Assembly: GCA_030390025.1 (NCBI GenBank)
Contig: JASTWF010000365.1
Location: forward strand, 186,001 to 250,000
From: Squalus acanthias
Taxonomy: Eukaryota
Direction of reading: 5' to 3'
Length of the DNA: 64,000 nt
The position numbers were made by a program, and so were the translations under genes. Under the pieces are notes generated by a model that did no database searches, had not been told where the DNA came from, and saw only the letters and a program-made list of their open reading frames with translations. Shown in pieces: positions 12,801 to 24,540 of the stretch; the first letter of the stretch is position 1; the number at the start of each line of letters is the position of its first letter.

Positions 12801-15800
12801 AGATACAGAAAGAGAGAGAGATACAGAAAGAGAGAGAGACGGAAAGATAGAGATACAGAAAGAGAGAGATATACAGAAATAGAGAGAGACAGAAAGAGAG
12901 AGAGACATATAGAAAGAGAGAGAGAGAGAGACAGAAAGAGAGAGGGAGAAAGAGAGAGATAGAGAAAGAGAGACAGAAAGAGAGAGAGAGACAGATACAG
13001 GAATTATACAGAAAGAGAGAGAGAGATGCAGAAAGAGAGAGAGAGATTCAGAAAGAAAGAGAGAGACAGATACAGAAAGAGAGAGACACACAGATACAGA
13101 AAGAAAGAGTGATACAGATACAGAGAGAGAGCGTTAGATACAGAAAGAGAGAGAGACAGATACAGAAAGAGAGAGAGAGATACAGAAAGAGGGACACAGA
13201 TACAGAAAGAAAGAGTGAGACAGATACAGAAAGCGAGAGAGTCAGATACAGAAAGAGAGAGAGACACAGATACAGAAAGAGAGAGAGAGATACAGATAGC
13301 GAAAGAGAGAGAGACAGATACAGAAAGAGAGAGAGAGACACAGATACAGAAAGAGAGAGAGACAGATACAGAAAGAGAGAGAGAGAGATACAGAAAGAGA
13401 GCGAGACAGATACAGAAAGAGAGACAGACACAGATACAGAAAGAGAGAGACACAGATACAGAAAGAGAGAGAGAGACAGATACAGAAAGAGAGACAGATA
13501 CAGAAAGAGAGAGAGAGCGAGATACGGAAAGAAAGAGAGAGACATATACAGAAAGAGAGAGAGACAGATACAGAAAGAGAGAGAGACAGATACAGAAAGA
13601 ATGAGAGAGACAGATACAGAAAGAGAGAGACGGATACAGAAAGAGAGAGAGAGACATATACAGAAAGAGAGAGAGAGCCAGATACAGAAAGAGAGAGAGA
13701 GACAGATACAGAAAGAGAGACAGATACAGAAAGAGAGAGAGAGCGAGATACGGAAAGAAAGAGAGAGACATATACAGAAAGAGAGAGAGACAGATACAGA
13801 AAGAGAGAGAGACAGATACAGAAAGAATGAGAGAGACAGATACAGAAAGAGAGAGACGGATACAGAAAGAGAGAGAGAGACATATACAGAAAGAGAGAGA
13901 GAGCCAGATACAGAAAGAGAGAGAGAGTCAGATACAGAAAGAAAGAGAGAGACAGATACAGAAAGAGAGAGAGAGATACAGAGAGAGACAGATACAGAAA
14001 GAGAGAGACACAGATACAGAAAGAGAGAGACAGATACAGAAAGAGAGAGACAGATACAGAAAGAGAGAGAGACACAGATACAGAAAGAGAGGGAGAGATA
14101 CAGAAAGAGAGAGAGACAGATACAGAAAGAGAGGGAGAGATACAGAAAGAGAGAGTCAGAAACAGAAAGAGAGAGAGAGAGATACGGAAAGAAAGAGAGA
14201 GACAGATACAGAAAGAGAAAGACAGATACAGAAAGAGAGAGAGACAGATACAGAAAGAGAGATACAGAAAGAGAGAGAGACAGAAGGAGAGATACAAAAA
14301 GAGAGAGAGACGGATACAGAAAAAGAGAGAGACAGATACAGAAAGAGAGAGAGAGAGAGAGACAGAAATAGAGAGTGAGAAAGAGAGAGATAGAGAAAGA
14401 GAGACAGAAAGAGAGAGAGAGACAGATACAGGAATTATACAGAAAGAGAGAGATGCAGAAAGAGAGAGAGAGACTGATGCAGAAAGAGAGATACAGAAAG
14501 AGAGAGAGATACAGAAAGAGAGATACAGAAAGAGAGAGACAGATACAGAACGAGAGAGAGACAGATACAGAAAGAGAGAGACAGATCCAGAAAGAGAGAG
14601 AGAGATACATAGAGAGACAGAAAGAGAGAGAGACAGATACAGAATGAGAGAGACAGAGAGAGAGACAGATACAGAAAGAGAGAGAGACAGATACAGAAAG
14701 AGAGGGAGATACAGAAAGAGGGAGAAACACAAAGAGAGAGAGAGACATACAGAAAGAGAGAGACAGATACAGAAAGAGAGAGACAGAAAGAGAGAGAGAT
14801 ACAGAAAGAGAGAGAGACAGAAAGAGAGAGAGAGATACAGAAAGAGAGAGACAGAAAGAGAGAAAGATACAGAAAGAGAAAGAGACAGATACAGAAAGAA
14901 AGTGAAACAGATACAGAAAGAGAGAGAGACAGAAAGAGAGAGAGAGAGATAGATAAATAAAGAGAGAGAGAGAAAGATACAGAAAGAGAGAGAAACAGAA
15001 AGAGAGAGAGAGATACAGAAAGAGAGAGAGACAGAAGGAGAGATAGAGAAAGAGAGAGAGAAAGATACAGAAAGAGAGACAGACACAGATACAGAAAGAG
15101 AGAGAGACAGATACAGAGATAGAGAGACAGATACAGAAAGAGAGAGAGAGACAGATACAGAAAGAGAGAGACAGATACAGAAAGAGAGACAGACACAGAT
15201 ACAGAAAGAGTGAGAGACAGATACAGAAAGAGAGAGAGACACAGATACAGAAAGAGAGAGAGACGGATACAGAAAGAGAGAGAGACAGATACAGAAAGAG
15301 AGAGAGACAGATGCAGAAAGAGAGAGATACAGAAAGAGAGAGAGATACAGAAAGAGAGAGAGACGGAAAGATAGAGATACAGAAAGAGAGAGATATACAG
15401 AAATAGAGAGAGACAGAAAGAGAGAGAGACATATAGAAAGAGAGAGAGAGAGAGAGACAGAAAGAGAGAGGGAGAAAGAGAGAGATAGAGAAAGAGAGAC
15501 AGAAAGAGAGAGAGAGACAGATACAGGAATTATACAGAAAGAGAGAGAGAGATGCAGAAAGAGAGAGAGAGATTCAGAAAGAAAGAGAGAGACAGATACA
15601 GAAAGAGAGAGACACACAGATACAGAAAGAAAGAGTGATACAGATACAGAGAGAGAGCGTTAGATACAGAAAGAGAGAGAGACAGATACAGAAAGAGAGA
15701 GAGAGATACAGAAAGAGGGACACAGATACAGAAAGAAAGAGTGAGACAGATACAGAAAGCGAGAGAGTCAGATACAGAAAGAGAGAGAGACACAGATACA

Positions 15801-16500
15801 GAAAGAGAGAGAGAGATACAGATAGCGAAAGAGAGAGAGACAGATACAGAAAGAGAGAGAGAGACACAGATACAGAAAGAGAGAGAGACAGATACAGAAA
15901 GAGAGAGAGAGAGATACAGAAAGAGAGCGAGACAGATACAGAAAGAGAGACAGACACAGATACAGAAAGAGAGAGACACAGATACAGAAAGAGAGAGAGA
16001 GACAGATACAGAAAGAGAGACAGATACAGAAAGAGAGAGAGAGCGAGATACGGAAAGAAAGAGAGAGACATATACAGAAAGAGAGAGAGACAGATACAGA
16101 AAGAGAGAGAGACAGATACAGAAAGAATGAGAGAGACAGATACAGAAAGAGAGAGACGGATACAGAAAGAGAGAGAGAGACATATACAGAAAGAGAGAGA
16201 GAGCCAGATACAGAAAGAGAGAGAGAGTCAGATACAGAAAGAAAGAGAGAGACAGATACAGAAAGAGAGAGAGAGATACAGAGAGAGACAGATACAGAAA
16301 GAGAGAGACACAGATACAGAAAGAGAGAGACAGATACAGAAACAGAGAGACAGATACAGAAAGAGAGAGAGACACAGATACAGAAAGAGAGGGAGAGATA
16401 CAGAAAGAGAGAGAGACAGATACAGAAAGAGAGGGAGAGATACAGAAAGAGAGAGTCAGAAACAGAAAGAGAGAGAGAGAGATACAGAAAGAGAGAGAGA
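880..16500 (+). repeat. Domain A: six higher-order repeats of ~2.3-3.0 kb
   Basis: Marker TAAATAAA starts at 2431, 4808, 7794, 10092, 12430 and 14954. Marker GGAATTATA occurs in pairs at 1942/2994, 4319/5376, 7305/8318, 9603/10660, 11907/13000 and 14431/15526 (periods 2377, 2986, 2298, 2304, 2524). Near-identical 183-aa pseudo-ORFs at 1886, 4263, 7249 and 9547 give the same register. Boundaries are approximate. Confidence 0.93.
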
Positions 16501-16759
16501 CAGATACAGAAAGAGAAAGACAGATACAGAAAGAGAGAGAGACAGATACAGAAAGAGAGTGAGAGATACAGAAAGAGAGAGTCAGATACAGAAAGAGAGA
16601 GAGAGAGATACGGAAAGAAAGAGAGAGACAGATACAGAAAGAGAGAGAGAGACAGGTACAGAGAGAGAGACACAGATACAGAAAGAGAGAGACAGATACA
16701 GAAAGAGAGCGAGAGACAGATACAGAAAGAGAGAGAGACAGAGACAGAAAGAGAGAGAC

Positions 16760-19200
16760 AGATACAGAAAGAGAGAGAGAGACAGATACAGAAAGAGAGA
16801 GAGACAGAGACAGAAAGAGAGAGACAGATGCAGAAAGAGTGAGAGACAGATACAGAAAGAGAGAGAGACAGATACAGAAAGAGAGAGAGAGACAGAGACA
16901 GAAAGAGAGAGACACAGATACAGAAAGAGAGAGACACACAGATACAGAAAGAAAGAGTGATACAGATACAGAGAGAGAGAGACAGATACAGAAAGAGAGA
17001 GAGACAGATACAGAAAGAGAGAGAGACAGATACAGAAAGAGAGAGAGACAGATACAGAAAGAGAGAGAGACAGATACAGAAAGAGAGAGACACAGATACA
17101 GAAAGAGAGAGACACACAGATACAGAAAGAAAGAGTGATACAGATACAGAGAGAGAGAGACAGATACAGAAAGAGAGAGACACAGATACAGAAAGAGAGA
17201 GAGACAAAGACAGAGAGAGAGAGAGATACTGAAAGAGAGAGAGAGACAGATACAGAAAGAAAGAGACAGATACAGAAAGTGAGACACAGATACAGAAAGA
17301 AAGAGAGAGACAGATACAGAAAGAGAGAGAGACAGATACAGAAAGAGAGAGAGACAGATACAGAAAGAGAGAGAGACAGATACAGAAAGAGAGAGATACA
17401 GAAAGAAAGAGATAGACAGATACAGAAAGAGAGAGAGAGATAGATGCAGAAAGAGAGAGAGACAGATACAGAAAGAGAGAGAGACACATACAGAAAGAGA
17501 GTCAGATAGACTGATACAGAAACAGAGAGAGAGACAGACACAGAAAGAGAGAGAGACAGATACAGAAAGAGAGAGAGACAGATACAGAAAGAGATAGAGA
17601 GAGACAGATACAGAAAGAGAGAGAGAGACAGATACAGAAAGAGAGAGAGACACTGATACAGAGAGAGGGACAGATACAGAAAGAGAGAGAGATACAGAAA
17701 GAGAGAGAGAGATACAGAAAATGAGAGAGACAGATACAGAAAGAGAGAGAGAGATACAGAAAGAGAGAGAGACACAGATACAGAAAGAGAGAGAGACACA
17801 GATACAGAAAGAGAGAGAGAGACACAGATACAGAAAGAGAGAGAGAGAGAGATAGAGAAAGAGAGCGATACAGAAAGAGAGCGAGACTGATACAGAAAGA
17901 AAGAGAGACACAGATACAGAAAGAGAGAGAGAGACAGATACAGAAAGAGAGCAAGGGACAGATACAGAAAGAGAGAGAGACAGATACAGAAAGAGAGAGA
18001 GAGACAGATACAGAAAGAGAGAGAGACAGAGACAGAAAGAGAGAGACAGATGCAGAAAGAGTGAGAGACAGATACAGAAAGAGAGAGAGACAGATACAGA
18101 AAGAGAGAGAGAGACAGAGACAGAAAGAGAGAGACACAGATACAGAAAGAGAGAGACACACAGATACAGAAAGAAAGAGTGATACAGATACAGAGAGAGA
18201 GAGACAGATACAGAAAGAGAGAGAGACAGATACAGAAAGAGAGAGAGACAGATACAGAAAGAGAGAGAAACAGATACAGAAAGAGAGAGACACAGATACA
18301 GAAAGAGAGAGACACACAGATACAGAAAGAAAGAGTGATACAGATACAGAGAGAGAGAGACAGATACAGAAAGAGAGAGACACAGATACAGAAAGAGAGA
18401 GAGACAAATACAGAGAGAGAGAGAGATACTGAAAGAGAGAGAGAGACAGATACAGAAAGAAAGAGACAGATACAGAAAGTGAGACACAGATACAGAAAGA
18501 AAGAGAGAGACAGATACAGAAAGAGAGAGAGACAGATACAGAAAGAGAGAGAGACAGATACAGAAAGAGAGAGAGACAGATACAGAAAGAGAGAGATACA
18601 GAAAGAAAGAGATAGACAGATACAGAAAGAGAGAGAGAGATAGATGCAGAAAGAGAGAGAGACAGATACAGAAAGAGAGAGAGACACATACAGAAAGAGA
18701 GTCAGATAGACTGATACAGAAACAGAGAGAGAGACAGACACAGAAAGAGAGAGAGACAGATACAGAAAGAGAGAGAGACAGATACAGAAAGAGATAGAGA
18801 GAGACAGATACAGAAAGAGAGAGAGAGACAGATACAGAAAGAGAGAGAGACACTGATACAGAGAGAGGGACAGATACAGAAAGAGAGAGAGATACAGAAA
18901 GAGAGAGAGAGATACAGAAAATGAGAGAGACAGATACAGAAAGAGAGAGAGAGATACAGAAAGAGAGAGAGACACAGATACAGAAAGAGAGAGAGACACA
19001 GATACAGAAAGAGAGAGAGAGACACAGATACAGAAAGAGAGAGAGAGAGAGATAGAGAAAGAGAGCGATACAGAAAGAGAGCGAGACTGATACAGAAAGA
19101 AAGAGAGACACAGATACAGAAAGAGAGAGAGAGACAGATACAGAAAGAGAGCAAGGGACAGATACAGAAAGAGAGAGAGACAGATACAGAAAGAGAGAGA
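16760..19200 (+). repeat. Domain B: ~1.2-kb tandem duplication (two copies)
   Basis: Matching words lie exactly 1200 bp apart: GAGAGATACTGAAAG (17221/18421), GTCAGATAGACTGATAC (17501/18701), GATACAGAAAATGAG (17711/18911) and GAGCAAGGGAC (17949/19149). The offset is 1222 in the 5' part (16839/18061, 16957/18179), a difference of one 22-bp monomer. Confidence 0.92.
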
Positions 19201-22200
19201 GACAGATACAGAAAGGGAGAGAATTACACAGAAAGAGAGAGAGAGAGACAGATACAGAGAGAGACATTTATAGAAAGAGAGAGAGACAGATACAGAAAGA
19301 GAGTGAGAGACAGATACAGAAAGAGAGAGAGACAGATACAGAAAGAGAGAGACACAGATACAGAAAGAGAGAAAGACAGATACAGAAAGAGAGAGAGAGA
19401 CAGATACAGAAAGAGAGAGACAGATACAGAAAGAGAGAGACACAGATACAGAAAGAGAGAGAGACAGATACAGAAATAGAGAGAGAGAGATACAGAAAGA
19501 GAGAGAGACAGATACAGAAAGAGAGAGACAGATACAGAAAGAGAGAGAGAGACAGATACAGAAAGAGAGCAAGGGACAGATACAGAAAGAGAGAGAGACA
19601 GATACAGAATGAGTGGGAGATAGATTCAGAAAGGGAGAGAGAGATACAGAAATAGAGAGAGAGAGACAGATACAGAGAGAGACATTTATAGAAAGAGAGA
19701 GAGACAGATACAGAAAGAGAGAGAGAGACAGATACAGAAAGAGAGCAAGGGACAGATACAGAAAGAGAGAGAGACAGATACAGAAAGAGAGAGAGACAGA
19801 TACAGAAAGGGAGAGAATTACACAGAAAGAGAGAGAGAGAGACAGATACAGAGACAAAAAGATACAGAAATAGAGAGAGACAGATACAGAAAGAGAGAGA
19901 GACAGATACAGAAAGAGAGAGAGACACAGATACAGAAAGAGAGAGATACAGAAAGAGAGAGACGGATACAGAAAGAGAGAGAGACTGATACAGAAAGAGA
20001 GAGCGAGACAGATACAGAAAGAGAGAGAGAGACAGATACAGAAAGAGAGAGAGACACAGATACAGAAAGAGAGAGAGATAGATACAGAAAGCGAGTGAGA
20101 GACAGATACAGAAAGAGAGAGAGACAGATACAGAAAGAGAGAGACACAGATACAGAAAGAGAGAAAGACAGATACAGAAAGAGAGAGAGAGACAGATACA
20201 GAAAGAGAGAGAGACAGATACAGAAAGAGAGAGACACAGATACAGAAAGAGAGAGAGACAGATACAGAAAGAGGGAGAGACAGATACAGAAAGAGAGAGA
20301 GAGACAGATACAGAAAGAGAGAGAGACAGATACAGAAAGAGAGAGAGAGACAGATACAGAAAGAGAGAGAGACAGATACAGAAAGAGAGAGAGAGAGATA
20401 CAGAAAGAGAGAGAGACAGATACAGAAAGAGAGAGACAGATACAGAAAGAGAGAGAGAGACAGATACAGAAAGAGAGCAAGGGACAGATACAGAAAGAGA
20501 GAGAGACAGATACAGAAAGAGAGAGAGACAGATACAGAAAGGGAGAGAATTACACAGAAAGAGAGAGAGAGAGACAGATACAGAGAGAGACATTTATAGA
20601 AAGAGAGAGAGACAGATACAGAAAGAGAGAGAGAGACAGATACAGAAAGAGAGAGACACAGATACAGAAAGAGAGAGAGATAGATACAGAAAGAGAGTGA
20701 GAGACAGATACAGAAAGAGAGAGAGACAGATACAGAAAGAGAGAGACACAGATACAGAAAGAGAGAAAGACAGATACAGAAAGAGAGAGAGAGACAGATA
20801 CAGAAAGAGAGAGAGACAGATACAGAAAGAGAGAGACACAGATACAGAAAGAGAGAGAGACAGATACAGAAAGAGGGAGAGACAGATACAGAAAGAGAGA
20901 GAGAGACAGATACAGAAAGAGAGAGAGACAGATACAGAAAGAGAGAGAGAGAGACAGATACAGAAAGAGAGAGAGACAGATACAGAAAGAGAGAGAGAGA
21001 GATACAGAAAGAGAGAGAGACAGATACAGAAAGAGAGAGAGAGATACAGAAAGAGAGAGAGAGACAGATACAGAAAGAGAGCAAGGGACAGATACAGAAA
21101 GAGAGAGAGACAGATACAGAATGAGTGGGAGATAGATTCAGAAAGGGAGAGAGAGATACAGAAATAGAGAGAGAGAGACAGATACAGAGAGAGACATTTA
21201 TAGAAAGAGAGAGAGACAGATACAGAAAGAGAGAGAGACAGATACAGAAAGAGAGCAAGGGACAGATACAGAAAGAGAGAGAGACAGATACAGAAAGAGA
21301 GAGAGACAGATACAGAAAGGGAGAGAATTACACAGAAAGAGAGAGAGAGAGACAGATACAGAGACAAAAAGATACAGAAATAGAGAGAGACAGATACAGA
21401 AAGAGAGAGAGACAGATACAGAAAGAGAGAGAGACACAGATACAGAAAGAGAGAGATACAGAAAGAGAGAGACGGATACAGAAAGAGAGAGAGACTGATA
21501 CAGAAAGAGAGAGAGAGACAGATACAGAAAGAGAGAGAGAGACAGATACAGAAAGAGAGAGAGAGACAGATACAGAAAGAGAGAGAGACACAGATACAGA
21601 AAGAGAGAGAGACACAGATACAGAAAGAGAGAGAGAGACACAGATACAGAAAGAGAGAGAGAGAGATACAGAAAGAGAGCGAGACAGATACAGAAAGAAA
21701 GGGAGACACAGATACAGAAAGAGAGAGAGAGAGATACAGAAAGAGAGAGAGGCAGAGACAGAAAGAGAGAGGCAGATACAGAAAGAGAGACACAGATACA
21801 GAAAGAGAGAGAGACAGATACAGAAAGAGAGAGAGACAGAGACAGAAAGAGAGAGGCAGATACAGAAAGAGAGACACAGATACAGAAAGAGAGAGAGACA
21901 GATACAGAAAGAGAGAGAGACAGATACAGAAAGAGAGCGAGATAGATACAGAAAGAGAGAGAGAGACAGATACAGAAAGAGAGAGAGACAGATACAGAAA
22001 GAGAGAGACACAGATACAGAAAGAGAGAGAGAGACAGATACAGAAATAGAGAGAGAGACAGATACAGAAAGAGAGAGAGACAGATACAGAAAGAGAGAGA
22101 CACAGATACAGAAAGAGAGAGAGACAGATACAGAAAGAGGGAGAGACAGATACAGAAAGAGAGAGAGAGACAGATACAGAGAGAGAGACAGATACAGAAA

Positions 22201-23700
22201 GAGAGAGAGAGAGAGATACAGAAAGAGAGAGACAGATACAGAAAGAGAGAGACAGATACATAAAGAGAGAGAAACAGATACAGAAAGAGAGAGAGACAGA
22301 CACAGAATGAGTGGGAGATAGATTCAGAAAGGCAGAGAGAGATACAGAAAGAGAGAGAGAGGCAGATACAGAGAGAGACATTTATAGAAAGAGAGAGAGA
22401 CAGATACAGAAAGAGAGAGAGAGACAGATACAGAAAGAGAGCGAGGGACAGATACAGAAAGAGAGAGAGACAGATACAGAAAGAGAGAGAGACAGATACA
22501 GAAAGGGAGAGAGAGATACAGAAAGAGAGAGAGAGAGACAGATACAGAGACAAAAAGATACAGAAATAGAGAGAGACAGATACAGAAAGAGAGAGACGGA
22601 TACAGAAAGAGAGAGAGACTGATACAGATAGAGAGAGAGAGACAGATACAGAAAGAGAGAGAGAGACAGATACAGAAAGAGAGACAGAGACAGATACAGA
22701 AAGAGAGAGAGAGACAGATACAGAAAGAGAGAGAGAGACAGATACAGAAAGAGAGAGAGTGCGACAGATACAGAAAGAGAGCGAGGGACAGACACAGAAA
22801 GAGAGAGAGACAGATACAGAAAGAGAGAGAGACAGATACAGAAAGAGAGAGAGATACAGAGACAGAAAGAGAGAGAGACAGATACAGAAAGAGAGAGACA
22901 CAGATACAGAAAGAGGGAGATACAGAAAGAGAGAGACGGATACAGAAAGAGAGAGAGAGACAGATACAGAAAGAGAGAGAGAGACAGATACAGAAAGAGA
23001 GAGAGAGACAGATACAGAAAGAGAGAGAGACACAGATACAGAAAGAGAGAGAGACACAGATACAGAAAGAGAGAGACAGATACAGAAAGAGAGCGAGACA
23101 GATACAGAAAGAAAGAGAGACACAGATACAGAAAGAGAGAGAGAGAGATACAGAAAGAGAGAGAGACAGAGACAGAAAGAGAGAGGCAGATACAGAAAGA
23201 GAGACACAGATACAGAAAGAGAGAGAGACAGATACAGAAAGAGAGAGAGACAGAGACAGAAAGAGAGAGAGATAGATACAGAAAGAGAGAGAGAGACAGA
23301 TACAGAAAGAGAGAGAGACAGATACAGAAAGAGAGAGACACAGATACAGAAAGAGAGAGAGACAGATACAGAAAGAGAGAGAGAGACAGATACAGAAAGA
23401 GAGAGAGACAGATACAGAAAGAGAGAGACACAGATACAGAAAGAGAGAGAGACAGATACAGAAAGAGGGAGAGACAGATACAGAAAGAGAGAGAGAGACA
23501 GATACAGAGAGAGAGACAGATACAGAAAGAGAGAGAGAGACAGATACAGAAAGAGAGAGAGAGCGACAGATACAGAAATAGAGCGAGGGACAGACACAGA
23601 AAGAGAGAGAGACAGATACAGAAAGAGAGAGAGACAGATACAGAAAGAGAGAGAGAGACAGAGACAGAAAGAGAGAGAGACAGATACAGAAAGGGAGAGA

Positions 23701-23760
23701 GACAGATACTGAGAAGACGAGGAGAGACAACCACAGAAGAAAGATACAGAAACAGGACAG
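23701..23760. other. Irregular ~55-60 bp segment breaking the monomer grammar (junction scar or sequencing/assembly error)
   Basis: The sequence GACAGATACTGAGAAGACGAGGAGAGACAACCACAGAAGAAAGATACAGAAACAGGACAG occurs once. It flips the A-every-second-base phase and joins domain-C sequence to a domain-B copy. Confidence 0.7.
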
Positions 23761-24540
23761 ATACAGAAAGAGAGAGACACAGATACAGAAAGAGAGAGAG
23801 ACAAATACAGAGAGAGAGAGAGATACTGAAAGAGAGAGAGAGACAGATACAGAAAGAAAGAGACAGATACAGAAAGTGAGACACAGATACAGAAAGAAAG
23901 AGAGAGACAGATACAGATTGAGAGAGAGACAGATACAGAAAGAGAGAGAGACAGATACAGAAAGAGAGAGAGACAGATACAGAAAGAGAGAGATACAGAA
24001 AGAAAGAGATAGACAGATACAGAAAGAGAGAGAGAGATAGATGCAGAAAGAGAGAGAGACAGATACAGAAAGAGAGAGAGACACATACAGAAAGAGAGTC
24101 AGATAGACTGATACAGAAAGAGAGAGAGACAGATACAGAAACAGAGAGAGAGACAGACACAGAAAGAGAGAGAGACAGATACAGAAAGAGAGAGAGACAG
24201 ATACAGAAAGAGATAGAGAGAGACAGATACAGAAAGAGAGAGAGAGACAGATACAGAAAGAGAGAGAGACACTGATACAGTGAGAGGGACAGATACAGAA
24301 AGAGAGAGAGATACAGAAAGAGAGAGAGAGATACAGAAAATGAGAGAGACAGATACAGAAAGAGAGAGAGAGATACAGAAAGAGAGAGAGACACAGATAC
24401 AGAAAGAGAGAGAGACACAGATACAGAAAGAGAGAGAGAGACACAGATACAGAAAGAGAGAGAGAGAGAGATAGAGAAAGAGAGCGATACAGAAAGAGAG
24501 CGAGACTGATACAGAAAGAAAGAGAGACACAGATACAGAA
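23761..24540 (+). repeat. Third, displaced partial copy of the domain B unit
   Basis: It carries the B-specific markers in the same order: GACAAATACAG (~23800), GATACTGAAAG (~23822), GTCAGATAGACTGATAC (~24098), GACACTGATAC (~24268), CAGAAAATGAG (~24334) and GAGCGATAC...GAGCGAGACTGATAC (~24482-24512). Confidence 0.85.

Noticed and set aside
2433..14961. AATAAA hexamer once per domain-A HOR (first at 2433-2438)
   Set aside because: It arises by G/C>A changes in the NA lattice (GATAGATAAATAAA). There is no downstream GU/U-rich element and no gene, so I use it only as a marker.
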